From a virus, in the IMG/VR virus record IMGVR_UViG_3300007735_000798, positions 32,001-96,000 of that record: a stretch of 64,000 bases of DNA; one strand, written 5' to 3'. Positions 59,152-64,000 of the stretch are shown one piece after another. Each line of letters starts with the position of its first letter. Positions within the stretch are counted from its first letter, which is position 1. The notes under the pieces were generated by a model. That model was not told the origin of the DNA and did not search any database. It was given only the letters and a program-made list of their open reading frames with translations. The position numbers and the translations under genes are program-made.

Positions 59152-59442
59152 ATGAAAGATAAACAAAACCAATTCACCAAAGGAAGCGTGTATCGCTTCG
59201 ATTACCTGTCTCGCATGGGACGCTTCCACTACCAGAACGTGCGATTCGCTCGCTACGTTGGCCCCTTCAAGTTTGAAGGCAAATACACTTGGAGCGACGA
59301 CTCCATCCCTGCTGGGAACTACTCGTTCGTCAACGAGAACAACGAACCTGTCCAGATCGTTGACTGGATGGTTAACGAAAAGACCGCACAGGTCGAAACC
59401 TTCGGCAAAAACGAAAGGAACTTCCTGCGTCAAGACTGGTAA
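59152..59442 (+). CDS. Early hypothetical protein (96 aa)
   Basis: ATG 6 nt after the -10 box; MKDKQNQF.. Confidence 0.8.
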   Translation: MKDKQNQFTKGSVYRFDYLSRMGRFHYQNVRFARYVGPFKFEGKYTWSDDSIPAGNYSFVNENNEPVQIVDWMVNEKTAQVETFGKNERNFLRQDW

Positions 59443-59451
59443 AAAAATCCC

Positions 59452-59479
59452 TTGACTTTCTCCACATCTCTGATATCCT
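59452..59479 (+). promoter_or_regulatory. Extended -10 sigma70 promoter, leaderless
   Basis: TTGACT-16nt(..TGA)-TATCCT-6nt-ATG. Confidence 0.85.
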
Positions 59480-59485
59480 ACTAAC

Positions 59486-59716
59486 ATGAACACATACGAA
59501 AAACACATCACTCACAACGGAAGCGAATACTATCTCTGCACAGAGTATGCGTTCGATCACACCGACACTCTGCAAGTCTCTGACTTTACGCTGACCGATG
59601 AGGACGGCGAAGAAATCACGCAAGAGGCTTTCGAGGCTGACAAGGCTCTCTATGAGCGTGTCTGCGAAATCCTCGCAAACGAGGACGCTGTCTGCTATGG
59701 CGGCGCGCCTTGCTAA
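59486..59716 (+). CDS. Early acidic hypothetical protein (76 aa)
   Basis: 18 D/E vs 3 K/R; own promoter. Confidence 0.8.
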   Translation: MNTYEKHITHNGSEYYLCTEYAFDHTDTLQVSDFTLTDEDGEEITQEAFEADKALYERVCEILANEDAVCYGGAPC

Positions 59717-59748
59717 TTCAAACACTCGTTTCAAATACTCGTTTCAAT

Positions 59749-59823
59749 ATGCTAACACACGCTGCCGAAATCCTAACAGCCATTCTCATATTCGTCCTAG
59801 GCTTTGCCTTGCTCTGTATATAA
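59749..59823 (+). CDS. 24-aa hydrophobic micro-protein
   Basis: MLTHAAEILTAILIFVLGFALLCI*; its TAA is the first 3 nt of repeat element 1. Confidence 0.45.
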   Translation: MLTHAAEILTAILIFVLGFALLCI

Positions 59824-59895
59824 GCCGTTGATAATCAACAGGTTACGACGGGGCGCCCCGCCGCGCGACGCAAGTCCTTGGTAATCAGCGACTTA
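59821..59895 (+). repeat. 75-bp double-palindrome element 1 (IHF-consensus sites)
   Basis: TAAGCCGTTGATAATCAACAGGTTA / 25-nt GC spacer / CAAGTCCTTGGTAATCAGCGACTTA. Confidence 0.9.
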
Positions 59896-59981
59896 CACAA
59901 ACACACATTCAGAAAGCGTGCCAACTCACAAAACTTTTTTCTATCAACAAAAAAAACTTTCAACAACCGCAAAAAAATCTC

Positions 59982-60009
59982 TTGCTTTTTCCGTGCGCTG
60001 TGCTATTCT
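59982..60009 (+). promoter_or_regulatory. Extended -10 sigma70 promoter, leaderless
   Basis: TTGCTT-16nt(..TGC)-TATTCT-6nt-ATG. Confidence 0.85.
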
Positions 60010-60015
60010 ATATCC

Positions 60016-60234
60016 ATGTTCAAGATCAGATACCAACTCATCCACAATCGTGGCTGCGAAACAGTCACCATCCAAAACCGCTCGGTCAAGCGCGCCATGC
60101 GTATGGCACGCACCCAAGCGTGGGATCAATACGCGCAATCGGGCGCGACTAACTGGGCCGATGTGTGGCTCACCATCACCAACCCCTACGGCAAGGTCGT
60201 CTATGCGGACTTTGCTCCGTCATCAGCGATCTGA
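60016..60234 (+). CDS. Early hypothetical protein (72 aa)
   Basis: MFKIRYQLIH..; own promoter. Confidence 0.8.
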   Translation: MFKIRYQLIHNRGCETVTIQNRSVKRAMRMARTQAWDQYAQSGATNWADVWLTITNPYGKVVYADFAPSSAI

Positions 60235-60242
60235 AAAATCGC

Positions 60243-60270
60243 TTGACTTTTCTCTTTCTTCTGCTATCCT
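60243..60270 (+). promoter_or_regulatory. Extended -10 sigma70 promoter, leaderless
   Basis: TTGACT-16nt(..TGC)-TATCCT-6nt-ATG. Confidence 0.85.
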
Positions 60271-60276
60271 TTAATC

Positions 60277-60651
60277 ATGAACAACGAAAACACCACATTC
60301 AACTTCAACGGAACCATCTGCAAGCTCGTCATCTCGGAGGACTTCGATGGTGACTGCACGAAACTTTGGCACGAACTCGTCAGCGTCGAGACTGGTAAGA
60401 CCATCGCCACCCTCGACTGGTCGCCTTACTCTGTGCCCTCTGATGCGGAGGTCGAGCAACTTATCAGCCTTGGGGAAGTGATCCTCGGAGAATTCCACTT
60501 GCCCTGTGGTTTGCGTTTTGCTAACTCTCACCCGCTCTCACGCTTCAACTTCGACAGCAAGATGCTCGCCGCTTTTTTTGCTGGTGTTTACGGGGAAACT
60601 GTTGGCAAACTTGAACTTGTGTTCAGTGTGCGCCCTACCTTGGCCGCATAA
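60277..60651 (+). CDS. Early hypothetical protein (124 aa)
   Basis: Own promoter. Confidence 0.8.
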   Translation: MNNENTTFNFNGTICKLVISEDFDGDCTKLWHELVSVETGKTIATLDWSPYSVPSDAEVEQLISLGEVILGEFHLPCGLRFANSHPLSRFNFDSKMLAAFFAGVYGETVGKLELVFSVRPTLAA

Positions 60652-60680
60652 AAAAACTTTCACAATCGCAAAAAAAATCC

Positions 60681-60709
60681 TTGCGTTTTCTCTCAACCTG
60701 TTCTATTCT
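60681..60709 (+). promoter_or_regulatory. sigma70 promoter, leaderless
   Basis: TTGCGT-17nt-TATTCT-6nt-ATG. Confidence 0.8.
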
Positions 60710-60715
60710 TTAACC

Positions 60716-60934
60716 ATGAAAGACATCGACACCTACATCACCAACGCCCACTCCGACGATTTCGCCACGGAGGCGGAGGAGCGCGCCACCCTCAACACGT
60801 TCGCGGCAGAGCCTGCCGTCGAGCAGGAACCCGAACCGCAACCCTACGATGGGTACGAGGGCCATTGGGCGGGGGATGGGTCGGGCATGGACGACCTCGC
60901 GGACTGGGGCGAGCAGGAGGGCTGGGACAACTAG
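60716..60934 (+). CDS. Early, very acidic hypothetical protein (72 aa)
   Basis: MKDIDTY..GWDN; 20 D/E vs 2 K/R. Confidence 0.8.
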   Translation: MKDIDTYITNAHSDDFATEAEERATLNTFAAEPAVEQEPEPQPYDGYEGHWAGDGSGMDDLADWGEQEGWDN

Positions 60935-60945
60935 CCCAAACAATT

Positions 60946-60978
60946 CAAACGCCTGTTTCAAACGGGCGTTTGTTTTTT
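60946..60978 (+). terminator. Probable rho-independent terminator
   Basis: CAAACGCCTG-TTTCAAA-CGGGCGTTTG followed by T6. Confidence 0.6.
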
Positions 60979-60997
60979 GCCCAAATTCCAAGTTGCG

Positions 60998-61072
60998 TAA
61001 GTCCTTGATATTCAACCACTTGCATTGGCGCGCGGGGCGTGCGCGCGTAAGTCCTTGATAATGAACGACTTA
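60998..61072 (-). repeat. 75-bp double-palindrome element 2 (inverted orientation)
   Basis: TAAGTCCTTGATATTCAACCACTTG / CATTGGCGCGCGGGGCGTGCGCGCG / TAAGTCCTTGATAATGAACGACTTA. Confidence 0.9.
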
Positions 61073-61163
61073 CGTGATGGCTTGCGAACCCGCATAAATA
61101 CTGGCTTCGCGGGTGTCAAGCTTTTTTTGCAAAAAAAATTTTGCGTAATCGCAAAAAAATCCC

Positions 61164-61191
61164 TTGCTTTTTTGCAGTCCCGTGCTATTCT
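61164..61191 (+). promoter_or_regulatory. Extended -10 sigma70 promoter, leaderless
   Basis: TTGCTT-16nt(..TGC)-TATTCT-6nt-ATG. Confidence 0.85.
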
Positions 61192-61197
61192 TTAAGC

Positions 61198-61383
61198 ATG
61201 AAAAAGAAATACTACACCAAAGCGGAAATCGTGGAATTCGCCACGAAAAACAAAGCCACTTGCACGCACGCATCGTTGGCTTTCAGTTCGTTCATCTTCA
61301 CCAACCGCGTTGGTCGCACTTGCAAGGTTGCGTTTGATCGCGTGGATCATGGCGTTTGGCAGAAAAAAATCTTGAAAAAATAA
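61198..61383 (+). CDS. Early basic protein (61 aa), paralog of 63341..63523
   Basis: MKKKYYT..NKA.CT..V.F.RVD..VW.KKI. Confidence 0.8.
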   Translation: MKKKYYTKAEIVEFATKNKATCTHASLAFSSFIFTNRVGRTCKVAFDRVDHGVWQKKILKK

Positions 61384-61384
61384 C

Positions 61385-61412
61385 TTGACTTTTCCCGCAT
61401 CTCTGGTAGATT
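61385..61412 (+). promoter_or_regulatory. Extended -10 sigma70 promoter, leaderless
   Basis: TTGACT-16nt(..TGG)-TAGATT-6nt-ATG. Confidence 0.85.
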
Positions 61413-61418
61413 GTAAGT

Positions 61419-61592
61419 ATGAAAAACGGATACACTAAAAGCTGGCGCGCTAAAGAGCGCGTCGAAACTCTCGACCTTCCTCTCGCGGAGGACAACGATC
61501 ACCCTGTTTGGGTGAAGCGTCCTAAAGACGCTTTCGAGCGTGAACTGGAGCGGTTGAACCGCGAAGAAAAGCGTAACCGCTGGTCACGCTAA
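61419..61592 (+). CDS. Early hypothetical protein (57 aa, not in ORF track)
   Basis: MKNGYTKSWRAKERVETLDLPLAEDNDHPVWVKRPKDAFERELERLNREEKRNRWSR*. Confidence 0.75.
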   Translation: MKNGYTKSWRAKERVETLDLPLAEDNDHPVWVKRPKDAFERELERLNREEKRNRWSR

Positions 61593-61620
61593 AGCTTGTC
61601 AAGCAAAAAAGTGTTCAGCG

Positions 61621-61695
61621 TAAACCACTGAACATCAAGCGCTTACGACGGCGCGCCCCGCCGCGCGGCGTAACCCGTTGAAAATCAAGCACTTA
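61621..61695 (+). repeat. 75-bp double-palindrome element 3
   Basis: TAAACCACTGAACATCAAGCGCTTA / CGACGGCGCGCCCCGCCGCGCGGCG / TAACCCGTTGAAAATCAAGCACTTA. Confidence 0.9.
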
Positions 61696-61780
61696 TGCAA
61701 AGCGCCGTTCAGAAAGCGTGCCAACTTCAGAAATTTTTTTTCTTCAACAAAAAAACTTTAGAAAATCGAAAAGATTTTCA

Positions 61781-61808
61781 TTGCTTTTTGCGCGTTCTGT
61801 GATATGCT
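61781..61808 (+). promoter_or_regulatory. Extended -10 sigma70 promoter, leaderless
   Basis: TTGCTT-16nt(..TGA)-TATGCT-6nt-ATG. Confidence 0.85.
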
Positions 61809-61814
61809 GTATGT

Positions 61815-62087
61815 ATGAAAAAAGAAATCACCACAATCGAACAAGCAAAGAAACTCTCCGTCTTGGAGTTCATGGATTTGTCCACTCTGGAACGCAAACT
61901 TCTGGATGAACTGAAGCGCGTTGAATCGCAGGTTGAACTGCTCCAGACTTGGCTGGACAACGCTAACCAGTCGTGCGAAACCTTGCGCAAAGCACGCGAC
62001 AACTATCGCAGACAGCTTGGCATCTCGTCCGATTGGGACACGATGGAATCTGTCCGCGACAAATACGATGCCAGACATGGCGGATAA
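61815..62087 (+). CDS. Early coiled-coil protein (90 aa)
   Basis: Own promoter; heptad pattern. Confidence 0.8.
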   Translation: MKKEITTIEQAKKLSVLEFMDLSTLERKLLDELKRVESQVELLQTWLDNANQSCETLRKARDNYRRQLGISSDWDTMESVRDKYDARHGG

Positions 62088-62093
62088 AATCGC

Positions 62094-62121
62094 TTGACTC
62101 TCACCATCTTTCTGCTATTCT
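62094..62121 (+). promoter_or_regulatory. Extended -10 sigma70 promoter, leaderless
   Basis: TTGACT-16nt(..TGC)-TATTCT-6nt-ATG. Confidence 0.85.
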
Positions 62122-62127
62122 AAAGAC

Positions 62128-62376
62128 ATGAAAAACACCATCACCAAACACGAACTTAACGATCACCTTTGCCACGCTCGCGTTGCTCTGGTTCTTCAGA
62201 GCCGCGAACTCTACAAACGCCGCAATGGGTTTTGCGGAAAATCCTTCCGCCAAACTCTGCGCGACAACATCCGCGCCTTGCGCGTGTTGAGCAATCTCAA
62301 CACCATCGAAGCGACTCTCTACTCGTCGTTCGCATCGCCCAAAGTAGGCAAAGCCGAAAAAATTCTCGGCTTGTAA
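62128..62376 (+). CDS. Early hypothetical protein (82 aa)
   Basis: Own promoter. Confidence 0.8.
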   Translation: MKNTITKHELNDHLCHARVALVLQSRELYKRRNGFCGKSFRQTLRDNIRALRVLSNLNTIEATLYSSFASPKVGKAEKILGL

Positions 62377-62382
62377 AATCGC

Positions 62383-62410
62383 TTGACTCTCACCATCTTT
62401 CTGCTATCAT
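62383..62410 (+). promoter_or_regulatory. Extended -10 sigma70 promoter, (near-)leaderless
   Basis: TTGACT-16nt(..TGC)-TATCAT-7nt-ATG; 34 bp identical to the preceding promoter region. Confidence 0.85.
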
Positions 62411-62417
62411 CACTTTT

Positions 62418-62588
62418 ATGAAAAAAGAAAAACTGAACCAACACCTCGTCGAAATCTTCCGCGCGATTGATCGGCTCAATCACGCAATCGGCAACGGGAA
62501 GATGCCGAAACTCGACAAGGGACAAAAAATCGTCCTGCGTTCGGCACTCATCACGCTCGACAACATCGCACTAGAGGGACTGCAATAA
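62418..62588 (+). CDS. Early hypothetical protein (56 aa)
   Basis: MKKEKLNQHL..; own promoter. Confidence 0.75.
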   Translation: MKKEKLNQHLVEIFRAIDRLNHAIGNGKMPKLDKGQKIVLRSALITLDNIALEGLQ

Positions 62589-62818
62589 TGTCACAAAACG
62601 AAAACATCATGAAGTCGCTTCACGCTCTCGCAAAGCATGAGGTTGCCATGCAAGCGCAGGAGGCGGAAATCGTCGAACTGAAAAATCTTTTGTCTCGCGC
62701 CTTGCACACCATCACCATGCACGAGCACAAACTCAATCTTTTGTGTGGCGTTTCTACCACGCTTGCGGTAGAGTTGCACAAAGTTAAAAATAACCAAATC
62801 ACATTCGGAGTAAACTAA
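62588..62818 (+). CDS. Early coiled-coil protein (76 aa)
   Basis: TAATG coupling with the upstream gene; GAGGG SD-like. Confidence 0.75.
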   Translation: MSQNENIMKSLHALAKHEVAMQAQEAEIVELKNLLSRALHTITMHEHKLNLLCGVSTTLAVELHKVKNNQITFGVN

Positions 62819-62819
62819 C

Positions 62820-62984
62820 ATGAAAACACAATTGTTCTCACCCTTGATGCTGGAAAGCGCGGAAGAAAATCTGCGCAAAGAATACGAAAAAAAACTTGGT
62901 CGCTTGCCCCTGTGGTGGTATCCTTGCGCTTTCATTGCTTTTGCAATCCCAATCGTCACTCTAACTCTAATCATATTCACATGA
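62820..62984 (+). CDS. 54-aa protein with C-terminal TM helix (not in ORF track)
   Basis: MKTQLFSP..LWWYPCAFIAFAIPIVTLTLIIFT*; GGAG upstream; ATGA overlap downstream. Confidence 0.7.
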   Translation: MKTQLFSPLMLESAEENLRKEYEKKLGRLPLWWYPCAFIAFAIPIVTLTLIIFT

Positions 62985-63136
62985 GCAAAATCATCATGAC
63001 CATCGACACGCGACCGCTCGCGCGCGCGATTGAGCGCAGTGTTCGCAAGACCACTTGCCGTCCTTCATTCGCCATGCGTGTCAAGAAAAAATTCACGCGC
63101 AAGGCAAAGTTTTTTCGCGGTTGGTCTGACGAGTAA
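62981..63136 (+). CDS. Basic 51-aa protein
   Basis: MSKIIMTIDT..GWSDE*; its stop codon is the first 3 nt of element 4. Confidence 0.7.
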   Translation: MSKIIMTIDTRPLARAIERSVRKTTCRPSFAMRVKKKFTRKAKFFRGWSDE

Positions 63137-63208
63137 AGCGTTGAATATCAACGACTTACGGCGGCGCGCCCCGCCGCGCGACCTAAGTGCTTGAAAATCA
63201 ACGACTTA
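63134..63208 (+). repeat. 75-bp double-palindrome element 4
   Basis: TAAAGCGTTGAATATCAACGACTTA / CGGCGGCGCGCCCCGCCGCGCGACC / TAAGTGCTTGAAAATCAACGACTTA. Confidence 0.9.
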
Positions 63209-63306
63209 CGCAAAGCGCCGTTCAAGAAGTGTGCCAAGTTGCGGAACAAAACGCTCGTTTGAAAAATCATCAACAGAAAAAAGTTACGGAACCGCAAAAA
63301 AATCCC

Positions 63307-63334
63307 TTGCTTTTTCGCAGTCTTGTGGTAGAGT
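63307..63334 (+). promoter_or_regulatory. Extended -10 sigma70 promoter, leaderless
   Basis: TTGCTT-16nt(..TGG)-TAGAGT-6nt-ATG. Confidence 0.85.
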
Positions 63335-63340
63335 GTATAC

Positions 63341-63523
63341 ATGAAAAAGAAATACTACACCACGACAGACATCAATGCCTACGCTCTCCGCAACAAAGCG
63401 GTTTGCACATTCGGAGGTTTGAACCTTCGCGTGTTCAAGGGTTGGACTGCGAAAGGTTCTTACGAGGTGAAATTCCACCGCGTTGACGCTCTCGTGTGGG
63501 AGAAAAAAATCGTAAGAAAATAG
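63341..63523 (+). CDS. Early basic protein (60 aa), paralog of 61198..61383
   Basis: Conserved ends, divergent middle. Confidence 0.8.
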   Translation: MKKKYYTTTDINAYALRNKAVCTFGGLNLRVFKGWTAKGSYEVKFHRVDALVWEKKIVRK

Positions 63524-63524
63524 C

Positions 63525-63552
63525 TTGACTTTTCCCGCATCTCTGATATCTT
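63525..63552 (+). promoter_or_regulatory. Extended -10 sigma70 promoter, leaderless
   Basis: TTGACT-16nt(..TGA)-TATCTT-6nt-ATG. Confidence 0.85.
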
Positions 63553-63558
63553 AAAAGC

Positions 63559-63774
63559 ATGAAAAATAAAAACACCACTCCTCAACCGAAAGTCGGACAA
63601 CTCTGGAGAGTCGCCACTGGCGAACGCAAAGGCGGTTACACTCTCGTCCGCGTCACCGAAATCATCGGCACTCTGGCTTGTGTTCGCACTCACGAAAACA
63701 AACGCGGCCACATCCTGCTGGACTACCTACATCCCGCCTCGAAAGAGGACATTCAAAACTATCTGAAAAAATAG
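63559..63774 (+). CDS. Early SH3-like small beta protein (71 aa)
   Basis: PKVGQLWR..VRVTEI. Confidence 0.75.
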   Translation: MKNKNTTPQPKVGQLWRVATGERKGGYTLVRVTEIIGTLACVRTHENKRGHILLDYLHPASKEDIQNYLKK

Positions 63775-63775
63775 T

Positions 63776-63803
63776 TTGACTCTCTCCACATCTCTGATAC
63801 TCT
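63776..63803 (+). promoter_or_regulatory. Extended -10 sigma70 promoter, leaderless
   Basis: TTGACT-16nt(..TGA)-TACTCT-6nt-ATG. Confidence 0.85.
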
Positions 63804-63809
63804 AAAAGC

Positions 63810-64000
63810 ATGACAACCTACAACGAACAAAAGTGCTACACGGCAAAGGTGAAAAACCATCTCACGAACAAAACGAAATTTTTCGATGTGTTCGCGCCGT
63901 CGATCAGCAAGGCAATCCTGCTCGCTGAAGAACTCGGCTCCTTGTTCTTCTGCACGGCAAGCGTCGAGTGCATCGCCTGTGGCCTCAATCGCTTGGGCAA
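63810..64000 (+). CDS. Early hypothetical protein, 3'-truncated
   Basis: MTTYNEQKCYTAKVKNHL.. open to the window end. Confidence 0.75.
   Translation, partial: MTTYNEQKCYTAKVKNHLTNKTKFFDVFAPSISKAILLAEELGSLFFCTASVECIACGLNRLG

Noticed and set aside
61085-61125. Antisense promoter with TTGACA near element 2
   Set aside because: The -10 box is poor (TATGCG) and the arrangement is not repeated at other elements.
59821-63208. CRISPR array interpretation of the palindromic repeats
   Set aside because: Repeats occur only in pairs, the 25-nt spacers are similar to each other rather than unique, pairs are 0.6-1.5 kb apart, and no cas genes are present.
59821-63208. Integron attC sites
   Set aside because: No RYYYAAC/GTTRRRY ends, genes carry their own promoters, and no integrase is in the window. 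Only the general cassette analogy is kept.
59080-63711. Minus-strand and alternative-frame ORFs in the GC-rich region (e.g. 59080..59511, 60710..61015, 63148..63342, 63187..63486)
   Set aside because: They are shadows of promoter-supported plus-strand genes or run through the repeat elements (RKSLIF.HL is the translated repeat).
1-64000. tRNA/rRNA genes, diversity-generating retroelement, alternative genetic code
   Set aside because: No cloverleaf or rRNA signature seen by eye, no reverse transcriptase or TR/VR pair, and standard-code ORFs tile the region densely.

Overview
This window is part of a large tailed dsDNA phage genome, probably siphovirus-like (tail tube and very long tape measure, no sheath gene seen), with a likely Gram-negative host. 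Bases 1-58,700 are strongly AT-rich. They hold glycosyltransferases, a probable recombinase, and a minus-strand virion module (terminase, portal, fibres, lysis cassette, protease/scaffold, capsid, neck, tail tube, 2964-aa tape measure, tail tip). They also hold a sigma factor, ERCC4 nuclease, PhoH and Hsp20. Many of these genes are preceded by a GTGTAA motif, a candidate phage late promoter. After a non-coding gap at about 58.7-59.1 kb the sequence becomes much richer in GC and forms a regular array of small plus-strand genes. Thirteen of them have their own sigma70-type promoter placed for leaderless transcription. The array is divided into blocks by four 75-bp double-palindrome elements that match the IHF consensus. 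Two candidate undescribed systems stand out. (1) The tape measure protein is punctuated 11-12 times by a G[FY][IV]PN[FY]A motif, with ADP-ribosyltransferase-like and PD-(D/E)xK-nuclease-like domains between the motifs, which suggests an injected, processed effector polyprotein. (2) The early region is a cassette array of leaderless genes with IHF-like elements. All product calls come from motif recognition and gene order by eye; no database searches were run.
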